Shown: positions 25,048 through 37,605, counted from the stretch's first letter. The stretch: DNA of 64,000 bases from Adineta vaga (GCA_021613535.1 CP075493.1:11780001-11844000), one strand, 5' to 3'. Notes: generated by a model from the letters alone, not told the origin. Translations and numbers: made by a program.

Positions 25048-27314
25048 ATGAAACTTCGATCCTCAAATCAAATTTATATATCTCGACATATTATCTTGGT
25101 ACTACAGATTTAGGTATAACTACGTCATTACTAACGAATTATAATGTTCCAACAAAAATTCCTGATCGTATTCAATTGAATCGCATCAAACAACAAGATG
25201 ATTTAGTTTTAATCGAATTAGGAACTCTGCTTACGTCCGATGAATGTGATGACATTCTTTCAAATGTCAATAAACAAACAATGGAAGATATGTCGGACAA
25301 ATATGATATTCAAACACGAAATAATTCAAGATTAATTGTAACCGATGATCGATTAGCTCGTACACTTTGGAGACGTTTAAAATTTGGTAATAAATTATCG
25401 AAATTGATTGCAAATACAAGACCATTAGGTTTCAATGTTCAAGGTCAGTGGGAATTGAATGGTGTGAATCCTGCTATGCGATTAAATAAATATCAAATCA
25501 ATCAACATTTTTCACCACATAAAGATGCACAATATGCTCCCAGTGGTGACGAACGATCATTGTTTAGTTTAATTATTTATCTTAATGATAATTATGAGCA
25601 TGGTCAAACTAAATTCTACTTTCCACAACGAACACCAACATCAGATACGAAAGGATTAACGATACGAGAAGAAATTAATGCTTATGGTGGATTACAAAAT
25701 GGATATGAATGTGTTACCATTCAACCAAAAAAAGGTCATGCGATTCTATTTACTCATAATCTGTTGCACGAAGCCATTGCACCGCATGGAACCAATGCAG
25801 AACGTTTTATATTGAGAACAGATGTTGTAGTCAAACGAAAAGAAAAACCATTGGGTTTTGCAGTATGTACAGAAGAGGAAGAAGATTACTTTGCATGTTT
25901 GAATTTCTTTCGTGAAGCTCAATCTAATGAACTAAAAGAACAAAATTCACATGTTATGTCGACAAATACAATTCAAACAGGAGAATTATATGAACGATCA
26001 TTATCAATTCGATATTGTTATCCACGATTGCTTGAATCGAAATCGAAAGAATCAATTCTATTAAACGATCAATTACCACCAGAAATGTGGTTGCATATTT
26101 TTAAATATCTACATGAACAAGATATGCAGAATTTTATCTTTGCATATCCTCAATTTCAACCATTACAACTCATCTGGCACGCTCAAGAAGTCAATCGGTT
26201 GAATACAGATCCAATACAATCAAAATTTATTCCGACAATTCAGGCAAAATATGGTAGTCAAACATTGTTTTGTTTTTCGGATGCTGATTTCTTCAACCAA
26301 AATGTCAATGCATGTTGTCGTGTTGCAGCTGTTTATGCTTTCTTCTTACTTGGACATGCAGAAGATTCTCAAACATATACTGTTCGATATGATCGAACAA
26401 CTGATCAAACATGTGAAGTAGACATGAAAAAACTCTTAGCCGATGCATTTTATAATCGAAATTGTTATGGTTCATTATATCGTGTTAAACAAAAAGATGA
26501 AAATAAACGAGAACCAATGATTGATTTAGATCATAGTGTTGATCGAACATATATGACAAATCGACATCAATCACAATTTATTGGACAAGATTTATTATCA
26601 AAACTTCATTTGGAAATCATTGATAAATCAAATTTAGCTGCTGAAATGGATTATTATAAAGATGATCATGAGATTGAGAAACATGTTCTAGCTTATGAAA
26701 GAAGAAATGCTTTATTTGATAGAAATGAAAAACTTGTTGATGAATTTCTGCATACTGGTGACGAGTCTTGGTATGACGAAATAGCATGTACAAAAAATCA
26801 TATATTAGGTTATCGTGAACATTTATTAGATCAAACAAAACAAGAATCGGGTACTGGCCTTTTTCGAATGTTATCTGCAAAAGATTATCTTTTAGATAGA
26901 TTATGCTTCTGTCCTCTTGGTGATTATAATATCAAGGAAGTTCGTAAAATAATTCAACTTTATAATCATCTTATATTTGATTTCAATACACATCAATTAT
27001 CAGTTGAGCGTTTGCCGGATAAAGCATCATCAATACATCAAAGTCGAACTCTGTTATCAAAATGTGTTGAATTATTACAGCAATCAGTACCAGCTGAAAA
27101 TCCTATCTCATATTATCGTGTTAATATTGAAAAATTAGCAGAAAAAACTCAAGGATTTAACCATGCATCATGCCAATGTTATCTTCCATCTGTTACAATC
27201 GATCAATTTTCATTTCTTGATTATACTTACTTATCTCATGTACATTTATCTGTTTCTCAGAACTCTAATAACGTCTTTGTTTTAACTACATATGGTGGTA
27301 TTGCTGCCCTTTAA
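25048..27314 (+). CDS. Prolyl-4-hydroxylase-like 2OG-Fe(II) oxygenase fused to an F-box-like motif and an unknown C-terminal domain
   Basis: LLTSDECD, RLNKY..FSPHKDA (HxD), SLIIYLND, GGQT-like motif, LLHEA, RFILRTDV, then QLPPEMWLHIFKYL. Probable start is ATG 25048 via an early frameshift. Confidence 0.8.
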
Positions 27315-28427
27315 TTAAGAATAAATATTTTCTCGAGAATATATACAATGAGAATGATTGTTAGGGTGTGGATGTGGATGGACATGGGATGTAAATGCGA
27401 ATGAAGAAGACATATCCCACCCCTAAGATGGAATATTAGATAATCTCATTAGTATATTCATTTTTCTAAGAAAATCATTATGTTCAATATTTTGTAATAA
27501 TTTTAAGTAAAACAAAACTATATTTATCGAAAATAGATATGTTGAGTTCGGCAATAACCAATTTCTTAACATTAACGGTAGGTATTTTATCAGTTATATA
27601 TGTTTATAATCAATCATGAGCTATCAATGTATTGATCTATTGCCAATTAAGAATGTATATTATGAATTGTTCTCAATAATACCAAATACAATTCGAGTGA
27701 TCTATTCTCCCATAACATCATCATATAATACCTATAAACCTACTCAACGTGTTTTGATTGAATCATTCATTTGATTTCTAACGGAAATACTTCGTTTTTT
27801 TATCAATACTTCATGAATAATATGAAACGTTTTCTCTTATATCTAAACAAAAGTAGATAAGAAACATACTCGCTATTCCTTTCTTTTGTGACTGATTGCT
27901 TGTAATAAATTATATACTTCATGATTTGAATAAATGATTGAAGAAAATTACAGAATCAACAAAACGACAAAAAAATTGATTTAAGACATGAAATTCATTA
28001 TACAGAAGGTATTCTAGTCGAGTCATTGTTGAACAGATTATGATATCGAAAATCGCCGACAAATTATATTATGTTTGAATATGAAAATTTTTGTTGAGAG
28101 CTAAATTTCATCTGCTTACTTGAGTTTCAGAGTATGACACATGCACAAATCAAATATTATTGAGAAAGAAACCAAATTAAATACTTGTCGACATGTTTAC
28201 AAGAGAACAGAATGATGTGAAAAAGCTCGGAAGTAAAGAAGAAATGTGTCAATGCTACTGGTACAGTACCGAATTTCGATAGTCATTAAAATCATAATTC
28301 TATTTTTACAACTGCGGAAAAAAATATTTATTCAATGATTCATTATTGTACCTTCCCTATAAATACAGCTGTTCCACTAAGATGTAGAACATAAACGAAG
28401 ATAGAAACAACAACAACAATAACAACA

Positions 28428-29408
28428 ATGACGAATAACTGGATGAATTTTTTCTTGACATTGGTAATTCTGTTCGTTGATGCGACATTAGCTCAAAATG
28501 GAGCGGACACAAGTGCTGGTATTAATAGCTTGGTAGTCATACGTCCACGATCGATGTCTGTCGATTTTTGGACAGCGGAAAGAATGAAAGCAGCCAAGGA
28601 ACCTGTTGCCGTTCCATCGGTAAACAATATGAATATCGGCCGTACTGTAGCAATACCGAGTGGTCCTTCAGTAACAGTTCCTGGTCGAAAACCCGATGCT
28701 TCTAGTCCATTAGGAAGAGTTCTCAACACTCGTGGTCTTCATGTAGCTACTACTGGACGAGTGTTTTGGTCATGTAGTAGCAATAGTCTAAGCTGTTGTT
28801 CTGCTAGTGTTGTTCCATCGACAAGTGGTGATGTTATTGTGACAGCAGGTCATTGCGTGTATGATACTACTGCCTTAAAATGGTTGATAAACTGCAATTG
28901 GATTTTTGTTCCAGCCTATTACAATGGTACTGCTCCTTACGGTCGATGGCCTGCGCGACAAGTAGCTGCTTTAAATTCATGGACGCAATCAAATCCAAAC
29001 TTTAATTATGATGTAGCATTTGTTGCTTTGTCATTAGTTAATGGAAAACATATCAATCAACTTACTGGAAGTCAATCATTAGGTTTCAACTATCCACGTA
29101 ATCGACCAACTTATGCATTTGGATATCCTGTTAATCTTGCTAAAGGCGAAGTTCTTCAATTGTGTACAGGAATACCAAGTGCTTCTAGATACACAGCAAA
29201 TAGTTATGTTGGTCAAGGATTATCCAATTGTTATATGACAGGTGGTTGCTCAGGTGGCCCATGGTTACAAAGTTTTAATGAATCAACTGGCAGTGGAGTT
29301 ACCTATTCAGTAAATAGTTTTACCTACTCACTAGCACCAAATACTATGAATGGACCAGTTTTTGATTCCAATATTCAAACACTTTGGAATTACATGACTG
29401 CCCGTTAA
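28428..29408 (+). CDS. Secreted trypsin-like (V8/glutamyl-endopeptidase-like) serine protease, actinobacterial type
   Basis: Signal peptide, propeptide FWTAERMKAA, catalytic triad TAGHC / YDVAF / GGCSGGPW, and APYGRW. Intronless. Confidence 0.92.
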   Translation: MTNNWMNFFLTLVILFVDATLAQNGADTSAGINSLVVIRPRSMSVDFWTAERMKAAKEPVAVPSVNNMNIGRTVAIPSGPSVTVPGRKPDASSPLGRVLNTRGLHVATTGRVFWSCSSNSLSCCSASVVPSTSGDVIVTAGHCVYDTTALKWLINCNWIFVPAYYNGTAPYGRWPARQVAALNSWTQSNPNFNYDVAFVALSLVNGKHINQLTGSQSLGFNYPRNRPTYAFGYPVNLAKGEVLQLCTGIPSASRYTANSYVGQGLSNCYMTGGCSGGPWLQSFNESTGSGVTYSVNSFTYSLAPNTMNGPVFDSNIQTLWNYMTAR

Positions 29409-30002
29409 TACCAGAACTCACACTGACTCAACTTTGATAATTCTGATTACGTGTGTTATTTTCTTATTAATTTGCTCATTTATATATTCTATTCCGGAAC
29501 ATTAAATTTTCCTATTTAATAAATCTTCGCTTGAACGATCTAGTTTGAAAAGTAATCAGTATATTCGAAAATAGTAAAGAAATAAGGCGAAGAATTACGG
29601 ACTATCGTTATTACCTCGTCTGCAATATTTCTAATGCTCGCTGTTAAAGTTGATGCTGCTCGTGATGAAAGAGAAATGTTCTATATTGCGGAATATAGAA
29701 TGACTGCTCCAACGGAATAGTTGAAAGTTGGAATAATCTAGTTATACTTAGATTTTTAAATCTCATTCTGATGTGAAAAAGCAAATATTCAGATATTGCA
29801 ATATCAATTATCAACACGTGTACAGAACATCACCTTTTTGTTATTACTATGTTATCACATTTTCAATTGCGTTTCTTCTATTATTCAACATATTTATATA
29901 AAGATTGGTAAGTTACTGATTAAACCTTGTATGGACGCCATATGAAATAAATTCATATTCTACATTTTATAGATATTATATTTTTGCTTACGTACTCCAT
30001 CC

Positions 30003-30454
30003 ATGGCGACTAGTAACACATCTGTATCGTATGAAATATTATCAAAAGTTCCTGTACAGGTGACAATAAATAATAAAGAATTTCAATTAGCAACATTTCT
30101 TTGGCGTGATTTTATGCCAAGAATCGTCCCTGATAACTATGTAGAAACGTCTTCAATTCCAGGCAGTCATCTCATAGCAAAACTTAAAATTAGTACCATT
30201 GATAATAGTGAATTTCCAAGTGATATTAAAGTTAATCGTGTATGGATAATTCTCAATAAGACACAAATTTGGGAAACATCTGTTCAAGAAGGAGAATCAC
30301 GAGTAGTGACAAATTCAGTTCTGAGTGTTAAGCAAGAAATGGTCCGAAATAGGGACCCAATGTAAATGTCGATGTTGTTGTGCAATTAACAAATATGGAT
30401 GGAAATAATGTTCTTTTACAAGCAAAACATGAAATTGTTCATCAAACATGCTAA
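30003..30454 (+). pseudogene. Small bacterial-type hypothetical protein with a frameshift (near 30330) and TAG at a probable Trp codon (30350-30352)
   Basis: FLWRDFMP..VWII..IWE, then in the shifted frame ARNGPK*GPNVNVDVVVQL..LLQAK..QTC, ending TAA at 30452-30454. Confidence 0.55.
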
Positions 30455-30463
30455 TTTTCTATA

Positions 30464-31564
30464 TTATTTGATTACTTTATCTAATTTAATTCGATTAAAA
30501 CGTGCATTTCTTTGCATAATATAAGTTGATTGTAAAAGAGTAGTAATCAATTCATTTTCAGCATCTGTTGACAATTTCCTTGTTGTAAGAAAAAACGTAT
30601 CACCAAGTCGAATTACAATTTTCGATAATAATGAAAACCATCGTAAATTAATTCGACGTATCTGTTCAATATCTTCATCACATTTTGAAACACGAATATC
30701 GATATCAATATGTTTTAATGTTGAACCAACATTGTAATTAAGAATGGAAGAAAAAAAATCGAAATCAAAACTTTTTCTTTCACCATAGGATTGATTAGGT
30801 TCATTCCATAGAAATTCTAATCGAGAAAGATTAGGCATTGATCGCAAGATAATCTCCAAGTCAGGACGAAGTTTTCGAAGTTTGACTTTAAAATGCGATA
30901 ATTTCTCATGTTTGATATACGATTGTGGATAAATATTTCGACTATTAACTTGTAAAATCGTTTCTAAATAGATTAAATTTGGTACATATGGAAGAATTTG
31001 AAACAATTGCACAATTGAACAAGAACCGATGTGCAGAGATTGAAGAGTTAAACATGATTGCATTTTATTTGAGATTGATGAATATATTTGTGGAATACAA
31101 CATGCAATTAAATATGGAAATGAATTTTTATCAAATAGAACTGACTTAAATGCATTATTATGAATCGTTAATTTTGTTAAAAATGGTAGATTTATTGGTG
31201 TTATCTCATCACATTGTTGATCAGTTGGAAGAGGTAAATGAAGTGAACGTAGATTAGGAAATGATAGAAGACTTATTTCATAAGATAAACATGATGGATG
31301 ACAATCAATCGAAAGATAAATAATTTGATGAGCAAAATAGTTCAAACATGCTTGCGAATCATGACTGTTATCATCATTGATAATATGAATACAAATATAA
31401 GTATCATTTAAAATATGATTGATACGTGAATTCAGATTGATAAAACCACGATAGAGATCGATTGGTTGAATAAATGAAAATAATTCTAAAAATAATTCAT
31501 CTGGAAATATTTCCAATGTCAATCGACGTTCAAACATAGAATTATTCATATTTGAAATTTGCAA
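30464..31564 (-). CDS. F-box + LRR-like protein
   Basis: LEIFPDELFLELFSFI..DLYRGFINLNSRINHIL F-box; FPNLRSLHL and MPNLSRLEF LRR-like units. Confidence 0.85.
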   Translation of the reverse strand: MQISNMNNSMFERRLTLEIFPDELFLELFSFIQPIDLYRGFINLNSRINHILNDTYICIHIINDDNSHDSQACLNYFAHQIIYLSIDCHPSCLSYEISLLSFPNLRSLHLPLPTDQQCDEITPINLPFLTKLTIHNNAFKSVLFDKNSFPYLIACCIPQIYSSISNKMQSCLTLQSLHIGSCSIVQLFQILPYVPNLIYLETILQVNSRNIYPQSYIKHEKLSHFKVKLRKLRPDLEIILRSMPNLSRLEFLWNEPNQSYGERKSFDFDFFSSILNYNVGSTLKHIDIDIRVSKCDEDIEQIRRINLRWFSLLSKIVIRLGDTFFLTTRKLSTDAENELITTLLQSTYIMQRNARFNRIKLDKVIK

Positions 31565-32101
31565 ACGAATTAATCAGTATGATAGTAAAAATGTCCTTGT
31601 TTTTGCTTCGTAGTAACCAATTTAGAAAAAACAAATAATTTCATAACACATGCGCAATTGTTTTTCGGTAACGTGAATAAATACTTAACATCATACTTTT
31701 TCTTTTACGTAAAGAACGAAAGAAAAAAAACGACGGTTTCTCTTAACGAAAGTCAATGACTAATAGTATAGATACGACACGGAATATCATACTGCAGAGC
31801 AGTGACTTATATTCACCCACACCCACACCGTTTCTAATTTTTATTATCTATAGTTTCGCTTGATAATGTAATTTCTAACTGTGATATGATTTTGACGTAA
31901 AGGAAACATTTCTTGCGGATACGCGTTTCCTCATTTTTAGTTTTAATCTATGCTTAACATCGTAAAAACCATATGTTATCTATTCTTTGATAATAGGAAA
32001 AACGCATTTAAAAATCACATTTTATTTCACATATGGAATAACAAAGTGACAGAACTGAGTTTTTTCCATAAAGTATCCATATACTCTCACTCGTTTCAGA
32101 A

Positions 32102-35100
32102 ATGTTTCTGATAGGAAAACTTCTTTGTTTCATTCGATTGAATTTAATCATTGCTTCGCTACAAATTAATCTTCATCTCACAGATGACACAAGTAATGAT
32201 GTTGCTTTTCAGCATCATTGTTTGTATATCCCTGTTTCGGTAGAAGATGAAATGTATCCTTTTCAAATTATTTCATATTGCCTATCGGAACAGACATTCA
32301 AATGGAATATTGAAGTAGATAATCATCATGAAAAATTTACTTTTATCGAACTCTACAAACGAAATATTACAAGTGAACAATTATACATGTGGTCAGCACC
32401 AATCGATGTTATTGAAGATTATCAATTATTTCTGAATCAAATCTTAGCATCAGATAATTCCCTAATGATCTCATCATCATCATCATCACAACGGTTCTAT
32501 AATTGTACATTACCAAGATTTGGTTCGTTATGTCAGTATTCATTAGATATCGATAATTCTCAATCGTTATCATTAAATGAATTAGTTAATAAATTCTATC
32601 AACAAGCTTATAGTCCGAAAACATTGACATGTTATACTCATTTAAAATGTAATCGTGGTTTAACGATGATGTGTCTTGATTGGACGGAAATATGTGATGG
32701 ATATATTGATTGTTTAAATGATGGAATCGATGAAGAAAATTGTTGGTCAATACAAATAAATCAATGTAGAGATGATGAATATCGATGTTATAATGGACAA
32801 TGTATCTCAAAGATCTTTGCTCGTGATAATCCATGGACTCATGAATGTCTCGATCTTTCAGATGAAAGTAATCATCAGTTTATGCCTCTTCCTTTATCCA
32901 GCGCTGCACCAACGTTCGTTACAGAAGATATCCAATGTTCAATCAAGCATCCAATGTTTAATATTAGACTTACAAGTTCTTGTGTATATGATCGTCAAAA
33001 TCTTTTAAGACAAATAATTTTATCACATACACCCAATTCATTTTCTGAAACATGTTGGTCAGCATTTCAATGTTTTAATCAAACGTGTAAACAAATAATC
33101 GACGATACATGTCCAGATTTGTTATTTGTACCATATGAAGCATTCATTTTTGGTCATATTCATTTACTCTACTTGAAAAAGTCTATTATGAATCTATCGA
33201 CGTCATTTTTACCTCAATATATTTGTTATAATGATCAACTTTGTCATGGATTTTTATCAAATGTAACTCTATTAAAATTTAATAATATAACATGTCGTCG
33301 TTTTGAAGATTTTCCATTAAAAACTCCTTTAATACCACATAAAAACTGGTTCGATCTGAATCTTCGACTTCTGTATGACCAACTGCATCATTGTAATACT
33401 ATTCTTTATGACAAACCATTCATTTGTAATAGTTCTACTATGTATCGATGTATTAAGTCGTCAAAATGTATTTCACAGTATCAACTTTGTGATGATATAT
33501 ATGATTGTGATTATAAGGATGATGAACAATGCTCTTTAACTAATGACATTTGTTCGATATATGATTCAATTTCACTTTTTAAATGTCCATTAATGAACAA
33601 ATGTATCTCACGAAAAAAAGTTCAAAATCGATATTGTGATTGTGGATTTGATGAGTTTGGATTATGTGAAGATGAAAGTTCGGTTACTCGTCATATAAGA
33701 GAACATATTTCATTTCCAACTATTTGTGATGGTTTTACTGAATTAAAACCTGTTCTTATCGATGGACGAAATGAAACTGATGAAACTGAATGTACCTATT
33801 GGCAATGTGATAATATATATACACGATGTAATGGTATATGGAATTGTTTGAATGGAGCTGATGAAGTGAATTGTCATTCATTTATCGAATGTCCATTAAA
33901 TCATCACCTATGTATATCACCTTCAACATATCAATTTATTTGTTTACCTTTGGAAAAAGCACATGATGGAAATATCGATTGTGTTGCTGGTATTGACGAG
34001 CCAAAGCTATGTCGAATGAATAACTATAAAGTACATGATTGGCAATTTTATTGTCAAGACAATCCTATTCAATCATGTACATCATTTAAGAGATTGTGTA
34101 GTGAAAAACAAAATTGTACGTATGGAAATCATGACGTACTATGCATAAATTCTGAACATATGAGTAGTTATCTCGCAACATGTGATAGCAAGTGGGTAAG
34201 AAATGCAACCAAGTTACAAAAGTTTCTTTGTCGAAGTTTTAATGATCAAAATAAAAATCCATTTGGATATTTTTCTCTAATGAACTTTCAACAATCCATC
34301 GAACATATCACTCCGAAAACTCGAATGATCGCAGTTGCTAAACCTCAGTATGCTCAACATTGCCATCGTGGCCTACCTTTACGAGTTTGGTTAACTAATA
34401 ATGACAAAAATTTAACTGAAAAAAATTGTCTTTGTCCACCAAGTTTCTATGGTGATATATGTCAATATCAGAATCAACGAGTGAGTCTTACTTTAAAATT
34501 TGAAACATATTCGAATTCTCGACAAACATTATTCGCTATGATTGTTTCACTTATTGACGATAGTTATGAACGAATTGTTCATTCCTACGAACAATTTACT
34601 TATCTTTATATCGGACATTGTCAAAAGAAATTCAATATTTATTTACTTTATTCAGCTCGACCAAAATCTCTAACAAGAAATTATTCAATTCATATTGATA
34701 TCTACGAAAAAATCTCTTTAGTCTATCGAAGTAGTCATATAATTCCATTACAGCATCCTTTCTTACCTGTACATCGTATTGCTCTTCAACTTCAAATTCC
34801 AAATTCAGACATATCATCTCAACATTGTTCAATTCATCAACACTGTATTCATGGTCAATGTATGAGCTATATAAATGATGAGGATAATAGTAGTTTCTGT
34901 CAATGTTATTCTGGATGGTCAGGAAAATATTGTACAATTCGACAATCATGTACATGTTCATCTGAGTCATTATGTATCGGTATGACAGCAACGAATCGAT
35001 CGATATGTGTATGTCCTCGAAATCGATGGGGTCCTCGTTGTCTTCTTCAAAGTACAAGTTGCCCATCAAATACATGTCTTAATCATGGTCAATGTATATC

Positions 35101-36790
35101 AATTGATGATAATATCATATCTGATCAACAATTTATCTGTATTTGTTTAAAAGGATTTCGTGGAAAACGATGTGAAATTATTGATTATAAATTAATTATA
35201 TCATTTCAAGAAAAAATTCCATTTCCACAACCGATATTAGTACATTTCTTTGAAATACGTAATGATAGTTCACCGATTAATGGTTCAACATTTAGAACAG
35301 TTCTTCCTTATCAAAAAACGATAACTATCTATTGGTCACATCCATTTCATATTGTGTTACTTGAACGTTCTGATCGAAATCTTTATTTAATTTCAGTTGA
35401 ACACATTTGGAATCAATCAACAAGTCTTGTTCGAACAATGAAATTTTCCAATCGTTGTCAACATATCAATGAAGTTTTCAATAAAACAATCACTCACTTG
35501 CATCTTCTTCGTCGTATTAAATATTATCATCTACCTTGTCAATCCAGTTCTCCGATCGTATCCTGTTTCTATGACGATACTCATTTTTGTTTATGCAATC
35601 ATTTCAATCATCATCGAGTGGCGAATTGTTTCGAATTTAATTTCACAATTAAACATAATTGTTATGATCAAAGTAGTTGTGAAAATCAAGCACAATGTAT
35701 TCAAGATCGATTTGTATGTCCACAAACATCAATATGTGTTTGTCCCAAATGTTTTTATGGTACACGATGTCAATTTAGTTCAAATTTATTTGATCTTTCA
35801 TTAGATACAATTTTAAGTTATCATATTCAACCACATGTAAATATTCTAAATCAATCTTCGATTATTCAAGTTAGTATTGTATTAACTTCGATTATTATTC
35901 TTGTCGCTTTGATTAATGGAATTTTATCATTCATTACATTTAAAAATAAAGAAACACAGAAGATTGGCTCAGGAATTTATCTTTATGCATGTTCAATGAT
36001 AACATTATTTGTTACTATAATTTTTACATTGAAATTTTCAATCTTTCTAATCGTACAAATCTCATCGATAACTAATCGAACATTTCTAATGTTTCAGTGT
36101 TGTTCCATGGATTTCTTCTTACGAATTGCTTTGAATATGAACCAATGGTTACATGCTTGTGTAGCTATAGAACGAATTATTACGATTATGAAAGGTACAA
36201 GTTTTAATATTCAAAAGAGTAAACAAATGGCTAGATATATTATCTTTGGTCTATTTGTTTTCATTTTAATCACATCGATACATGATCCTATTCATCGACG
36301 TTTATTATATAATGTTGATTTTGATGAAGAACAAGAAGAACGCATCTGGTGTATTGTAACCTATTCATCAAATTTACAAATATTTAATTTAATTGTTAAT
36401 ATTTTTCATTTTTTTACACCATTCTGTATAAACTTTCTTTCTGCGATAATCATCATGATAAAAACAGATCGACAACGTAAAAGAAATCAAACAATTCGAA
36501 CTTATTTAGAATTTATCTATAAACAATTTCGACGACATATTCATCTTGTTTTTGCTTCTATTCTCTTAACTCTTCTTGCAATTCCACGTTTAATTATTGC
36601 ATTAACATCAATCTGTTTAACATCGAATACAAATCCATGGTTAATTATTAGTGGATATTATATTTCACTTATCCCATCAATATTAACTTTTATTCTTTTT
36701 GTTATTCCATCGAAATTCTATAGAAAAGAATTTTATAAAACAATCGAACGTTTTCGACGAAAATTACAACATCAAATTCATCCTCTGTAA
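32102..36790 (+). CDS. Large LDLa-repeat / EGF-repeat class A GPCR (GRL101-like architecture, bdelloid-expanded)
   Basis: 1562-aa intronless ORF with a signal peptide, LDLa repeats (CLDWTEICDGYIDC..DEENC), EGF repeats (CLCPPSFYGDIC) and seven TM segments including ACVAIER. Confidence 0.92.
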   Translation: MFLIGKLLCFIRLNLIIASLQINLHLTDDTSNDVAFQHHCLYIPVSVEDEMYPFQIISYCLSEQTFKWNIEVDNHHEKFTFIELYKRNITSEQLYMWSAPIDVIEDYQLFLNQILASDNSLMISSSSSSQRFYNCTLPRFGSLCQYSLDIDNSQSLSLNELVNKFYQQAYSPKTLTCYTHLKCNRGLTMMCLDWTEICDGYIDCLNDGIDEENCWSIQINQCRDDEYRCYNGQCISKIFARDNPWTHECLDLSDESNHQFMPLPLSSAAPTFVTEDIQCSIKHPMFNIRLTSSCVYDRQNLLRQIILSHTPNSFSETCWSAFQCFNQTCKQIIDDTCPDLLFVPYEAFIFGHIHLLYLKKSIMNLSTSFLPQYICYNDQLCHGFLSNVTLLKFNNITCRRFEDFPLKTPLIPHKNWFDLNLRLLYDQLHHCNTILYDKPFICNSSTMYRCIKSSKCISQYQLCDDIYDCDYKDDEQCSLTNDICSIYDSISLFKCPLMNKCISRKKVQNRYCDCGFDEFGLCEDESSVTRHIREHISFPTICDGFTELKPVLIDGRNETDETECTYWQCDNIYTRCNGIWNCLNGADEVNCHSFIECPLNHHLCISPSTYQFICLPLEKAHDGNIDCVAGIDEPKLCRMNNYKVHDWQFYCQDNPIQSCTSFKRLCSEKQNCTYGNHDVLCINSEHMSSYLATCDSKWVRNATKLQKFLCRSFNDQNKNPFGYFSLMNFQQSIEHITPKTRMIAVAKPQYAQHCHRGLPLRVWLTNNDKNLTEKNCLCPPSFYGDICQYQNQRVSLTLKFETYSNSRQTLFAMIVSLIDDSYERIVHSYEQFTYLYIGHCQKKFNIYLLYSARPKSLTRNYSIHIDIYEKISLVYRSSHIIPLQHPFLPVHRIALQLQIPNSDISSQHCSIHQHCIHGQCMSYINDEDNSSFCQCYSGWSGKYCTIRQSCTCSSESLCIGMTATNRSICVCPRNRWGPRCLLQSTSCPSNTCLNHGQCISIDDNIISDQQFICICLKGFRGKRCEIIDYKLIISFQEKIPFPQPILVHFFEIRNDSSPINGSTFRTVLPYQKTITIYWSHPFHIVLLERSDRNLYLISVEHIWNQSTSLVRTMKFSNRCQHINEVFNKTITHLHLLRRIKYYHLPCQSSSPIVSCFYDDTHFCLCNHFNHHRVANCFEFNFTIKHNCYDQSSCENQAQCIQDRFVCPQTSICVCPKCFYGTRCQFSSNLFDLSLDTILSYHIQPHVNILNQSSIIQVSIVLTSIIILVALINGILSFITFKNKETQKIGSGIYLYACSMITLFVTIIFTLKFSIFLIVQISSITNRTFLMFQCCSMDFFLRIALNMNQWLHACVAIERIITIMKGTSFNIQKSKQMARYIIFGLFVFILITSIHDPIHRRLLYNVDFDEEQEERIWCIVTYSSNLQIFNLIVNIFHFFTPFCINFLSAIIIMIKTDRQRKRNQTIRTYLEFIYKQFRRHIHLVFASILLTLLAIPRLIIALTSICLTSNTNPWLIISGYYISLIPSILTFILFVIPSKFYRKEFYKTIERFRRKLQHQIHPL

Positions 36791-37124
36791 ACAAAACTAT
36801 ATCGATTTTAATAGAATGCGAATGTCAGCGACATAGAAAAAGTGCCTCAAACTCTCTCGATATTTCGTTTTTGTTTATGTCATATGGTAAAAAACAGAAC
36901 GTTTCTTGTTCTCTTACCAATCATAGATACGATGATCACATTATTTTAATCGATATAAACAAGCATGTTGTTTTCGCATGAAACCTAACAGAATATATGT
37001 TAACTTAAGTCCGTAGGAGTAATATATTTGTATGAAAGTGATATTAAATAACAAACATGTAACGAAAAAATAGAGAACTACTTTTAAAGATTAATCTATT
37101 TCGTAAACTATCTCTTAGTGAATA

Positions 37125-37605
37125 ATGATTGATAATCAAACACTTGTAGTTAATCCTTCTTTGTTCGCATTAATGTTATTTTCTACGATTGTTATTGCTC
37201 TTCTTTCAATTCGTTATCGCCCACACGAACTTACTGTAGTCATGATTATTTCACCTTTAATTGGTTCTCTGGTAACAACGAATTATAAGTGGGGCTATTA
37301 TGCTTTTAGTTGCGTGCAGCAATGCTTTAAATGTTTTGCAATATTATTATTGTTGTCTATACGAATGTTCTTTGGACTTTATATCCTATAGCATATGGAT
37401 TCTATATGAAGGTTTCTATGTTATTTCTGTGACTGGTGAAACGATTTCCTATGGTATACTCGATGTATTAATAAAACCTGCTTGTACACTTTTGACATTA
37501 TTTCTCTATCGAGATGTAACTATGGATGAATGGGGGTATTGGTACAGAAGCACGTTTAGAACGCTTACGACAACAACAAGAAAATTGACTATGCTACTCA
37601 TATAA
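37125..37605 (+). pseudogene. Truncated, frameshifted microbial (type I, fungal opsin-like) rhodopsin, helices D-G
   Basis: VMIISPLIGSLV..YKWGYYAFSC, LWTLYPI, EG..VISVTGETISYGILDVLIKP (DxxxK retinal-lysine motif). Helices A-C were not found. Confidence 0.7.
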
